From: Psilocybe cubensis
Lineage: Eukaryota
Direction: 5' to 3'
Assembly (NCBI GenBank): GCA_017499595.2
Contig: CM039001.1
Coordinates: 1,240,001 to 1,304,000, forward strand
Length of the DNA stretch: 64,000 nt
Position 1 is the first letter of the stretch. The number at the start of each line of letters is the position of its first letter. The position numbers were made by a program, and so were the translations under genes. Below are positions 27,599 through 40,467 of this stretch, one piece after another. Under the pieces are notes generated by a model, which had not been told where the DNA came from, did not search any database, and saw nothing but the letters and a program-made list of their open reading frames with translations.

Positions 27599-29088
27599 AT
27601 GTCAACGACAACGACAACGACGCATCCTCTACCTCCAAAACCCAGTACATCCTACGCCCAAAACGAAATACAACCCGAAGCGTCCACTTCATCTTCAAAC
27701 TCACTTTCAACGTCCTCGACTTCGCCCCCGCTCTGCGCGATGTGCACCACCCAACCATCCAAATACACCTGCCCCGGCTGCTCCATGCGCACCTGCTCGC
27801 TTCCTTGCTCCTCCGCACACAAAACGCGCACAAATTGCACTGGCCAACGCAACAAAGCGGCCTACGTCCCAATGAACGAATATACCTGGGGCAAGATGAT
27901 GGACGACTACGTATATTTGGAAGAGATGAGCCGGCGCGTGGGGAACTGGGGAAAGGAGATTGTGAGAGGTGGGTATATGGCCGCGGGTGCCGGTAGAGGA
28001 GAAGCTAGAGGCCGGGGTCGCGGAGGTGCGAGAGGACGCGGAAGAGGTGGAGCAGGATGTGGTGGTCATGGTCATGGTCGAACAAAACGAGACATTCTCA
28101 AGATGCAACTAGACCAGCGAGATATCGACATGGAACTTCTCTCTCAAGGCATGGAAAAACGAAAAGCCAATCAATCAACATGGGATACCAAGTACGCTTT
28201 TCTTATTCGTTAGTTATCATGTCGTGGACGACCAAAATCCTATTTTCCAGGAACCAAACAGCTCTACTAACAATAGAATTTAAATTCCACAAACCAATGG
28301 ATCCATTTTCTCCATCGCCCCAAGAGCCTTTACCTCCATTCACCATCCTAACGCACCGGAACAACATCTCTTCCCCCCTTCTGACACTACTCCGCTCTCA
28401 TCTCCCAGAGCGCGGAACGACCAAGAAAGAAACGGCCACCCCAATTTGGGCCCGGCGCCTAATATTTCCAGACCCCGATGATCCAGAAGCTTTCACCAAT
28501 CCCCAATGCGTTATGGTTGCACAAGTCGACCCGCTTACACTACGCCGTGCGAACCTTGATTCGAAGTCAAAAAAGGTGTTCCATTCTCTGGACCCGACGA
28601 AACCCCTCCTGGAATCCCTAAAGAATACCCAGTTTGTTGAATATCCGACGATCGAGATATGGGAAGAGTTTTCTGGGACGATTATAGATACACAGGGGAT
28701 TTTGAAGCAGGATGAGGAGGAGAGGCCGGTGAAAAGGCGAAAAATGTCTCGCAAAGCTGGGAAGATGGCTATAGCGGGGCTTTTGGGAGAATACGGAAGC
28801 GAAGATGAAGACGAACTGGCTAAGGAGGAGCCTAAGAGTGTACTAGCAGCATTGGGGGATTATGTTGACAGCGAGGAGGGAGAGGAGGACAACATGGATG
28901 AAGCTAAGCTAGTGGAAGGTGATGCGCTAGAGGATGTAGACCTAGATGAACTAAGTGACGACTTGGAAGGCGAGGTGCAAGTGGACCCTGCTGTCCTTCT
29001 AGAGCTAATGCGAGCAGCGCGAGGTGGGGAGTGGGTACCAGAAGGAGATGATGCGGTAGACTGGGGAGATATAGTGGACGAGAGCTAA
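27599..29088 (+). CDS. BCD1: Box C/D snoRNP assembly factor Bcd1/ZNHIT6
   Basis: zf-HIT CAMC..KYTCPGC...TCSLPCSSAHKTRTNCTGQR, then MMDDYVYLEE, GMEKRKANQSTWD and FVEYPTI. One intron and an acidic tail. Confidence 0.92.
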
Positions 29089-29096
29089 AAGTGGGA

Positions 29097-29855
29097 TCAT
29101 ACATCCTGTCGACGGAGGTCCAACAAACCTTTCATCAACAATTGTACTTGCAGGACAGCTTCGATCGCTTTGTTCAAGGGAGTTTCTTGTGTATTGCGAA
29201 TAGGTTCGGCTGTCTTGACCTCGACTTCCCAAAGGGTGTCTGCGTGAGCTCGCACTGGTAATTCTGTGGCGGGATCAAGCTAGGGAGAAGATTGAGAGAA
29301 GAGTAAATTGACTTTGTGTATACAACATACCTGTTCCTGCTGAGCCATAGTGATGAGTAGAGTACCGCGTCGAAAAGCATATCCTCGTCTGTAAAACTGA
29401 GATCGGCGGCTAATGTAAAGAAATTAACCTCGGATCGGAGAGCAGGGTGATTGGAACTGACACATAGCCCAATGCTGCAGCGAAACTCAACGCGTCTCCG
29501 ACGACCTGACAAGTTGCCCAGGGCCTGACTGTTGCCTCTGGGTGGACGCGGACAGATTCTGGCTTGAGATATGAAAAGAGGACCCTAGGGCGAAGATCAG
29601 CGATGGTGTGAATCGCGAGCGATAAATGGGGTACCAGGGAGCATTTGGATCTGATATCTCTTTCTTTGCACGCAAGAGAATAGGTTCTGTGCCAGCGTCT
29701 CTCTGTGCGGCGGCATCGAGAGGCTCAAAGACGACTTCTCTGCTCTGAAAAGGCTGAGATGATTCGCTGTGGAGGGTTATGCGATTGAGAATTGGCTTGA
29801 GATCTGGGGCGTAGAACTCTCCGAAGAGAGCGACCTCGTAAAAGTGAGATGACAT
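29097..29855 (-). CDS. MED18: Mediator subunit 18 (Srb5)
   Basis: MSSHFYEVALFGEF...ILNRITLHSE...EVVFEP...LLRAKKE, with C-terminal VQLLMKGLLDLRRQDV*. Size and layout fit Med18. Confidence 0.82.
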
Positions 29856-30065
29856 GAGTATATGACAGACGTAGCAACTGATATGCACAGACACCGGGAA
29901 CCAGCGAGGTGGATGTCAAGATTGATGTGACCAAGGCTGACTGCCGACTTTGCGATGTTTCTTCCTTCCCTGCACTGCTAATTTGCCCCGTCCCATCATC
30001 TATGCAGACCCAATATAAATCTCCTTTTTCCCGCCCAGGTATTTTCTCTTTCCGATGCCCTTCCA

Positions 30066-33000
30066 ATGAAAAGTCCTCTCAAGCGTCTTTCTTATGTCCT
30101 CGCCTTCATAGCAGATTCTCCTTCTGCTCCCAAAAGCGCCCACAAGGAGCAGAAAGACAATCTGCTTTCCTATTACCAGTCATCTATCCCCAATGAGGTC
30201 CAAAGTCATGCACGCTCGGCATCAACGCCCCAAGGTTTCCTGCCTTCAACGCGTCCAGTTGTCCCAGCAAGGAAGATGTCTTCTACCTCCATGTCCTCAG
30301 AGTCAGATTATTCCTACGACTCCGACAGAGACTGTCCTTACGATTCTGAAACCAATGACACCAAGCACTCTCTCTCAGAGTCTTCCTCCAGTGTAACCCG
30401 CAGATCCGGTGCCCCCTCCAGAGGCGGTGCCGACAGGCGGAGGATGGCCATTGTTCAGATGGATGGCACTGCTGACCGTGCCTATAAATCTTCTTCAGAG
30501 ACTGCCTCGTCTGCCTCTATACGCTCTCGTCGTGGCCACACCTCAAGCTTGACCGGTCTGGCTCTCGTCGCGCCCCCCGACGCCGCCCTCAGGACATACA
30601 CTCAACTCACTCCTCCATCAACGGCGCCTGTTTCTGGCGATTACATGAACCATGTTCTATTAACGGCAACTCAGGGAAAAGTTCACAGTCGCTCTTCTTC
30701 TCAAGACCCTTCCTCCAAAAAGACTGCCACGTCTCGTGATACATCTTCAACTCAAGGCACACAATCGCTTCTTTCTTCGGCGAATAATAGTAAAATACCA
30801 CGGGAAACAAAGAACGCTGATCATAATAACAAGGCCTTCCCAAATCACAGAACAAGCAGCTCACGGTCCCCCTCTCCGGATATGTCTACTGCCATAGATG
30901 ATCGAGATCTCCATCATGGCCTCCTCTCTCCTCCCACCACTGCATATCCCTCCGCTCGTACCATCGACATGTTTTCGCCTATAGTAACACCAGACATCGG
31001 CGAAGGCAAGGAGATACATATGCCAGTTGCGGGGCCTGTAGTCGTAAAATTAGACGGCGTCCAATCTCGGAGAGTAGAATCCACGCCCTCTTGGAGGAAC
31101 GAACAGAGTCCAGCTTCACAAGCACATTCTCAATCCTCGGCTTACGGTTCTCCCGCTGCACACTCATCCACGTCAGCATACCTATATTATGAGCCAGGTA
31201 AGCTACGATCATGCATAACGACGGGTCTATTTTTTCCCGCTGACACCTCCATCTATCTCTAGGTGTTCACTCGACCGCTGGTCCTCTACCTCCTCCACCG
31301 AGGACGAGCATCAACCTCAATATATCCACTCCTCCCCCTCCTCGACCTCCCCGACTTCACTCTCCTGCTCCAGCACGAATGAAAAGTGACCTTGAGGCTG
31401 TCAAACAAGCCCTTCAGCTGCCACCATCGGTCACTGCTGCCCTCGCCGCGCGATCTCCAAGCAAACTCTCGTTATCGCATTCCGAAGAGAAGAAGAAGAC
31501 CGTTTCAGAACAAAAGGACAATGCAGGGTGCGTTATCTTTGTCTTATCCATACTTGGTTTGTTAACGGCTTCATCCATAGTGGTGAGTCGATTGTATCTC
31601 GCCCATCCATCCACCGTCGAGAAGGTGCTACATTGGCGACAAGCTCAGTAGACGCATCATCCACCGAATCTTCTCCATCTTTACCGAATCAGCCATCACC
31701 GAAGCCTCCCTCGCCAGGGTTACCGGTAGTACAAGAAGTAGACAAGCCGTCATCTCCCCCTGAAAATCCTACCGATGATGTTCCTGATGTGACCGTCGAA
31801 GCCGCCGCACCAACAAATACACCACCATCCGAGAAAATCGACACCGCAAAATTCAATCAATGGCTGAAAGAAAATCCACATCTAGCGAAAGGACTCGCTC
31901 AGGAAGACGCACATTCTCGAGAGTCTATGGAGCGGTCACTGTCGCCTTTGTCGGCGGACATCACTGGTGACGCACCAAGCCCTCCCCCGAAAAGCTTCAG
32001 GAACAGTCTGACGAATAACCTTAAACGTTTTTCGGCGCTCCCACGATCGCCATCGCTGTCTTCTCGATCGCGCCCCTCATCAGGGAGTACGCGATATTCC
32101 AGAACACCTTCACCGTCCCTGCATCACGCACCCCCGCCACCCCCGCCAAACCGTGCCTCTTTCCAGAAAATTCATTCCACCAACCCTGCTGCGCTCTTCT
32201 GTCATGAAGTCAACTCGCAGCACACGACTATCCAGCGATGTGCCATCTACGTAGCGAAAATCAATGAACTGTACGTGCACGACTGTGGGCTTTCAGAGTG
32301 GGTGTTTGAGACCAAGTCGCGTGGCTCGACGAACCCACACGGCATGCAGCGCGGTCCGTCTTCCCAGCCGTTCGTGCCGCAGCCGCGGCAAACTTCACGG
32401 TCATCCATGATCTCAGAGGCGACCTTCCCCATCCGCCCTGACGCGTCCGTCGCGACTGATTTAATGCAGGGCGCGTACAGGGATATCACTCCGCCAGGTA
32501 TACCCCCGCCCTCTTTGCCATACCCCTCGCTTGCTGTCAACCCACCTCGCAGCACGCAGCCCAGTCGCTCCAACTCGAGCGCGACCAGCGGCACGCCTCC
32601 TTCCTCTGTCCGTTCCTTGGTTTCCTCACCTTCCACGAAAGGCGCAGGCTTCTTCGCGTCTCTCGGGCGCAAAGCCAGCTTGTCTTCACGGAAAGAACGC
32701 TTCCCTACACATCTTTCTTCGACATCAGGAACCATCTCGTCCAATTCCGGGCGATCCATCTCAAAGAACCCCGCGTCGACAACCAACATATCGCGACCTG
32801 TCCTCATCTCCAATCCTCCTTCAGTTCCCGGTGGACCGCGGGCGCCGCCACGGCGCGCTCAGCGGTCGCAGACGTTTACCAGTTCAGCGTTGCTTAACTC
32901 TGAACGTGACGATTCGATGGGGCGCCGGCCATCGTTATTTAATCTCACTCTGGACACCGTTATTGACATACAACCTGATCCGGCTTTCACTCGTCAAGTC

Positions 33001-33138
33001 GACCAATTGGCTGCCCTGCTTCCCCATGCGGATCGTGATGTCCTCGCAGGATACCTCCGCCGTGCTGGTCAAGATATGTTGGCTATCGGCCAATACCTCG
33101 AAGACGAACGAATGGGCACCATCCGACAACCATTCTGA
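30066..33138 (+). CDS. Large Ser/Pro-rich protein with C-terminal CUE/UBA-like helical domain
   Basis: Two long ORFs plus a middle exon. The C-terminus VDQLAALLPHADRDVLAGYLRRAGQDMLAIGQYLE resembles a CUE-type three-helix bundle. Confidence 0.75.
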
Positions 33139-33401
33139 ACTATTAAATTTTATTTGTAAAATCTGACAATTAATATCGTAACATACCACTTATAAATGCC
33201 CTTTTGCAACGCTATCGCTTTCGTCCTTGTACCATTTGTCTTGTTTTTTTTTTTTTATTATCATTTTACATCCATCTATCATTCTTTTGTTCTTGTATAA
33301 CCATGCTTTTCCGTTGGAATTCAAGTCATTACATATGCATACCGTAGACTACTTGTTTCTATAACGAATATCTAACGATCTTAGAAACGAATTTTTATTT
33401 G

Positions 33402-35266
33402 CTATCTTGGAACAGCGGGACGAAATCCTCTGGCTGTCCGTTGGTTTGCGAGGGGGGCGAAGACTACGTAACAATTAGACAGTAACATCAAGGCATGAAA
33501 CAACACACCTCGTTGCACTGGACGACTATTTGTGGCCTGATTAATTGGGTATTGCCAACCACTAGGACGTGTATTTGCTGCGCTTCTTGGTGCCAATAGC
33601 ATGCGCTCTACTTCATTGGCGCTGCCTGAACGATCTGACATATTTCCTGACGTGAAAGACATATCTCCTGGGTTCCCAAAGTGCCCGAAAGGATGGCGAT
33701 TTGGTATATTTCTCGGCGTGTCTATATGTGGCGCTCTGGGAGGGGGTTGCGCCCATTCATTGAAATGATTTCCAGTAAACGCCCGTCCTTGAGGACGCGC
33801 TACGAGTGGTGTACGCTGAATCTAGATTGAGACAGTTAGTTTGACAAAAAGTTCCCAGTTTTTTATATATCTTTACCCCATTGCTTTCCATGCCTCCCAC
33901 AACCGAGTTCACTGAACTGACATTGGCTACAGTGTTGCCTGTCTGTCTAGGTTTTGTCCTTTGATCATCAAAAAAACTGTTCGGAGCAGGTGTAGCATTT
34001 TCATTCCCAGAAGCTGGCCCAAGTAACGTTTTTCGTTTAAACTTGTCCAGTTGTGCCTGCACACTTTAAAATCAATGAAAATCATGGCAGCCCCTGTGAA
34101 TGATTGGCCAACCTTCAGTTTGGCGTATTCCTTATCCCTTTCCCTAGCCGCGTCTTGAAGCTCGCGAACCTTCCGGCGCTCAAGTTCAAGATCCCGCTCA
34201 AGTTCTGTGACATTGACACAATCAACGATTTGCTTCGGAGGTAGATAGTCTCGCAAACCTGCTTTCTTGCTATTCAAGAGATTCAATTCTCCGTTTGCTA
34301 CGGCGGCTATTAGGATGATATAAAAGTCATGTTTTGTTTTGATAAACGCACCTTCTCTAACCACGTTGTCAAACTGCTTCTGCAATTGTGCGTTCTTATC
34401 GTTTAAATTACGAACAACGGCTTGTTGAAACGTTCTTGGAGTCAATCAAACGTTCGTTATTGCGGTCTTATAGACCCCAGCCACGGAAAATTTATGGAGC
34501 TTACGCTTCTTGATGAATTTGGTACTGCCAAAAAGAGATGGCTCTATGTGTGCCACATAAGCACCCACATTTAGAAGACAGGTGAGCTATAAGTACCGGC
34601 TGCAAATTTCCAGAATTATAGAAGGAGCCAACCCAGATAGCACCGACTAGAAATTGTCAGGAAGGGTTGAAAAACAAAATGTATGCGCCAATTCTCACCG
34701 TTTTATAATCATTTGTCGGGTGTAAAGAGCAAACCTAGTGATTGGAAAAACCTCCAGGCAATTGCATCTTCGATTTTCAGGAACTCAGTTACTCACGACA
34801 ACATCATCGCTGAAAAAGCCATCAGATCGCTTGCATAGGAGACGATGAAAGAAAATACTTCACGGCTCAGTCAGACTTGTGTCACAGGCTAATCATGGAG
34901 TGATATGAATAAGAAAAGCAGGAAATTGTTCCCGGCGATTCTTGCCTGGACAGAGCCGAGCGGCGTTGAAGAGTTCGTTTGCGCATTCAACTATTCGTAA
35001 GTCCAGCAATTATGCGTCAATGAGACTCCTTCATGATGTACCCAGAACTTACTGCAGAATATGTGAGAACCTATAAAACTATGAACAAACGTCAAAACAA
35101 AAAATGATAATGAGCTACTAACATGTTGTCTTGCGAAAAGCAAATAGTATGCGAAAATGAGTGTCATAATGAATGAACCAGATATGAAGCTGACGCTTAC
35201 CACCACCGCCTTATCCACCAGAGGTCGCCGACACGATAGACGGTTGCATTTCAGCTCGGAGTCCAT
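33402..35266 (-). CDS. HEI10: RING E3 ligase Hei10/CCNB1IP1 (meiotic crossover factor)
   Basis: Spliced LKCNRLSCRRPL..KAVVTTCSHIFCIECA..RLCPACDTSL, YKTSVLSGLAPSIILEICSRAISFWQYQ, then a coiled coil. Confidence 0.92.
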
Positions 35267-35802
35267 ACCATGCGGCCAGGAATGTCGATACCGGTAATTG
35301 GACCGCGATGACGACCGTTAGGAGAAAAGAATGCCCAGCCGCCAAGGAACCAGTCCTTGTACGGAATAGGAAAGAGTGTGTTCAAATCAGGAAATTCTAT
35401 AGTGTATGCCAAGACGTAGAACATATCTTTTTATTTTGGTGCAACTAGAAGATACAAAATTCCAAAGTGACAAGATTCTTGAACAAAAAAATATTAACGA
35501 GAACATGATCCATGTACTTTTCGGGGGTTTGCTTCCATACAGGCTTATAAAATCAGGCGGGTCCCATGGGTAAAGTACAAGGGTGTGATGCGTGCGAGAG
35601 AGAGAATGATGCTGTCTATGATTATGCGTGATAAATAACAGATGAGCGTTCAGGGAAAGTGGGTGGAATAAAAATAAGGACAAGAAAAGACAAAAAAACA
35701 AACAATGAGGAAGGAGTCAAAAATGCTATGGTATCATTAACAAGGGAGATAGGTATGTCGGGGGAAAGTCGTGGTTTGTGGTTTTATAATAAAGGCAGAG
35801 TT

Positions 35803-38800
35803 TCACGTAGAAATCATACCCGAGTCTTCCTCTTCACCACCAAAGATCTCCTCAAAGATCTCTTTGCCTTCTAATGAGAGTGGCGGAAGTTGTGATTGAG
35901 CCGCGAATGGATCATCGCGAGCAGCCTTGACTCTGCGAATACGTTCGGCATTCCAGATACCCTCCAGCGACGATGTCAAATTTTTCAAACCCAGAAGAAA
36001 ACCACGGTCGGCTTGGTCGGGGTAGTGAGGAGGGAAACGAGCGTAAATCAAACCAGTCTCGGGGTCGACTTCTGCTTGATATCCCTTTGAGCTTGAAAAA
36101 ACTTCATGACGTCGTTCGCCCGTATCCAACTCGGAGTAGGGAAGCCAATCCCTTCCGGTGGTCGTGTGTGCAAAGTCAACAATGCGAACGTTGATTTCGC
36201 CACGTTTCCTCCGTCCGTTTGAACGTTTGGCTACGGAGCCGACGAGAAGATCTTCGCTATGTGATCGTCGAAGTGGGGTATGATCGTGGCTCTGTGAATT
36301 GGAACGACGTTCGAGTGATTCCCCACGTTTACTTCTAGATGATGGATTCTCCAGAACGGAGGAGCGTAAAACTTCTTGTGCCTCTCGATCACCGTCATAA
36401 ATGAGGAGGATGCTGCATCCATAGAAGCGATAGCCTTTTAGGCGATTGATTATGCGCGCCAAGGCATACAGCTTCTGAAGCAGAACAGGAATTTGGTAGG
36501 CTAACAGACGCTCTCCGTCGTACAGGAATGATTTGAGAACAGAGTCAAATTCGTCAGGTCGGATTTCACGTCCGCTATACTTGTCCTGAGTCACATACGA
36601 TTGCGTAGCATGGTTCCAGACCTATATGCATGGAGTCAACGTTGAAATGATTTTTTTAAAAAATTAATGCTTACCTGCATCCCACAAACACGTACACCGA
36701 GAGTTCTACTTGTGGTGCGATCGCATTTTTTGCGCTGGCTCTTCTTTTTGCTGGAGGTGGCATCCATACCGTACTGACGAGTTCCCATTTTGAGATCAAT
36801 AACACAAGGGTGCTTCAGTCGTCCAGTCAGATCTTCCATCAAAATGAAATGATTCTGGCGGGTAACAGGGGCCTCAGGCTCGACGTTCTCATGTATAACC
36901 CCCTGTTCCGAAAATGACCGATGGTAAGAAACTGGTACTCGTGAAGGAGCCTCAAGGGATCGCGAACGGCTCCGCTTCCTGATAGACGGAGGAATGACAT
37001 GATCATTGTCGACTTGGGTCGTAGATCCCTGACGGTCTTTGCCGAACAACGGTCGATCTTGACCTTCTGAGGAAAGCGACGAACCTTCAGGACCGCGAAG
37101 CATTGAATCGCTCTGGATCCGACGGAGAGAGTTATTACTGGATCCTTGGTCTGCATGGCGAAACAACTTTCTCCGAACGCGCGCCTGGAGGCGTCTCGAA
37201 GCAGACTCAGTTTCCCCATCCGCTATATCACCTTCATCTTCAGTCCTTGATTCCTCAATAGGTCGATGATGACTGAGACGCTTGCGAAGTCGTCTGATAA
37301 CTGTACTGAACACATGGTCCTTGAGTTTCGTATTAACAACGGTGGACCCTGTGCCTCCAAACCATTGTGATCCGGACGCTTGGTCTGAATTGAATGGGCG
37401 TAAAGAGGGCCGTTGAAGATGACCTTCCTCGGAAAGTCCACTCAGGGGGTGAGTATCTGAGCGCTCAGTCAGCCGAGCAGGGAAGGCATGGGTGTTCTGA
37501 CTAGGAGAGTTGACGGGAGTGGGTGCATCAATTTCCATTTCATCATTACTGCCGCTCGTGGGGTAACTTGACAAAGGACTGGGTCGCAGGGTTGTGTATT
37601 CTGACCGGGGCGGTATCGCAAGGTCCGGGCTAGAAGCTGTTCCTCTGGGTAACTGAGTGGATTGGAGCTTGCGTTGAGCAATGAAAGAAGATCCGGAAGC
37701 AGTCGAATATGACAAAGAGCGGTTGCGCCCGCCGTTGAGTATCCATTCGGGAATGATATGACGGTTGCGATCGAGCACGACCTCTGGCATTTCAGCGTCA
37801 TCTAAATCTGTGCCAAATTTATCTTCGAAGACAGATGAGTGTTGATCGCCATCAGAGATTACTGGACGAGTGAACGGTTTTATGGTGTCTGCACTTGTGG
37901 TATGCGGGACGATTTGCCGACTAGGAGGGACAGGAGTCGAGGAATCATGGGCATGTCTGGCACCATTTGCATTAGTCCGCTTCGGAACACGTCTATAACT
38001 GACCAACATGACCCCAAGATACCGTGGAATGAAGCCAAGTAGAGGTGGTGCTTCTCTTTCTACCGATTCGTAGAAGAGATTTTCGCGCGAGACCAGTGGC
38101 TGAAATAAAAGGATAGAAGAATACCAAAAAGAGTCAGCGAGAACCAAGAAAAAGTTTTCCATGTAATAATGATCCGAACCTTGCAAACAGCTTGTTTTGT
38201 AAATTTGTATATAGCGCTGTGTCCACCGACTTGATTGCGAAAAGGGCGCAGTGGGATATGTGGGAGACGCTCCTCGGGGACAGCAAAATTGATAGCCACT
38301 GTGTCATCATCAAGACTCTTTAATCGCGTGGTGTTTAGGACTTCACCATCATCCAAGGTTGAGAAACGGCGAGATGTAGGGCGAATATCGCAGGCATCCC
38401 CAGGGCGATGTTCTAAAGCTGATGAAAGCGTGTGGGAATCTGAATCGTTGCCATATGTCGACGCGTTAGAAGCAGCTGTCGACGCAACAGAAGTGGTGTC
38501 CCAGGCAGATTCATCATCTGTAGACCAGGGCGACGGAGGATCACAAGGCGATAAAGCTTTGGGGTACGGGTCATGAATGCGGTTTGCAGCGCGCACTGGG
38601 GTAGGAGATCTAGAATTCCTGGGTGTGGTAGCTATGGATGGTAAAACAGGCAGAGTAGACTCGGGACAAGACTGAAGAGTAGAATCTGGGAAATGGCGAG
38701 AGACGCGCTTGGTTGGCGAACGGGAGGGTGATGGAGATGGAGGATACGCACGAGAGCGAGGTCGAATATAGATTGGGGATGTCTCGTGAAAGGTGTTGAT

Positions 38801-39880
38801 AGTAGACAAAGGTGCATCGGAATGGGGTTCTGCGTCGCGAACAATATCGTCGATGGCACGTTCACGCCGCCTCCCTCGACTAGAAATGACATCTCTCCGC
38901 CATTGTGAGACATCCGAAATATCCTTAGCAGATGAGATTTTGTCTGATAGCTGATGATCACTGTCTCTCGTCCTAACGCGCTCCAAGGTGGTCATACTCT
39001 TGTCGCGACGGACTGCAGCTGCTTCGCGGTCCGGCCATTCTGAACGTTTAACAAACTCAAAAGCCTCTGCAACATCCTCAACATCCTCGAAAGAATGATT
39101 TCTTCGGCTTGCCAGGGACGACTCGCTCCTGGACGACAGCGGTCCTGCGGGAGATTCGTCCAAAGGAGCGGTTTCTTTGAACAATTGCAGGGTCGCGGCA
39201 ACCTTTCTTCCGATCCCAGAAGTTGCATGATGGGGGGGCGGATCCTCGCCATGTGTAGGAGTAACCGAAGAAGAAGAGGAAGAAGAAGAGGAAGCCGAAC
39301 TTGAAATACTAGACGTGCGAGAGAGAGGCTGGGACGACCTTTTGGGAGAACGGCTCGGAAAGCTTTGAAGCACCGGAGTTGAGCTCGAGGGTAGAGTCAA
39401 AGCCCTAGATATAGTCTTTCGAGAGCGTCTCCGGGACGGATTGTGGACAGAGGTCTTTGCAGTGTTGTAGCCGTCCGAGTCGGTGCTATTTGACATGGCA
39501 CGCTGCTTGCCTGATCTGACGGAAGCGAGGGAGTGAGAATGGCGAAAAGAGGGACCGGTGAAGAGACTGTCGACGAACTGAGGCTCGTTGTGAGATCTGG
39601 TAGGTGAGAGACGAGGAGAAGAGAGAGCGGTGACATTGCCGGAGCTAGGTGGGGACGGAAAGCAGAACTGTTGGTGATTTGCATGGCGGGGATCGAAGGC
39701 GGAGGCCATGGACGGGGGAGACAGCGAGGACGGGCAGGGACGGAGCCCTGTGGATGGAGTGGTCTGTGCGCAGTAGGTGGATGTGGAGAGGAGGAGAGCT
39801 GAGGACGAGCGGCAAGGCGCAGAGGAGGTCAGGTATGATATCAGCGACAAGTTTGGAATTGAATGCGATTTGCCTCTCAT
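35803..39880 (-). CDS. KCS1: Inositol hexakisphosphate kinase Kcs1-like
   Basis: [30 protein letters not shown] (PxxxDxKxG), GCSILLIYD and IVDFAH. The start is ATG 39880 or the in-frame ATG 39709. Confidence 0.92.
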
Positions 39881-40467
39881 CCACGTGCCAAGTCCCCCGG
39901 AACACTCCGCAATTTTCAGCCTCCGAATGAGTCATCCAGGCGAACGTGTCTGTGCCCGCCGTCATCTCGGGGTCTCCCAACACGCGCACGTTCTTCCCTT
40001 TACGGATCTTTCCTCGACTTTTCTCTTATCCTCTTTATCTCCGACTAATCAGCGCCCGTCTTGACAGAAACTCTCATCACTTGCTATTCCGGGTAAGATT
40101 ACAGTATTTATAGAGCTGCCATGTCAAGATAGCAATCTATGACTCATACAAATCTGAAAGGTGCTTAGAACAAGTAAAGATGTCAAGCACAACTTGCTTG
40201 GCATAACAAGGTGGCATAGTTTTGATCATTAATAAGCTTCTAGAATATTCTAAATGGTCTGTGCGTGAGAAATTTTTTAAAATTAAAATTCTTATCTCCA
40301 TGTGCTTCAGTTTCTTCCCACGATTCTAGTATAAAAGATCTGCTAAAAAGCATAAAGCTTCTTTTATTTGCCCCCAAGAACCACCCCTTGTCACTTGTGG
40401 TTAGTATTTTTTATTTCCTTTAATAAAACATCTACTAATTATACATAAAAGATTTGACTATCATTAT

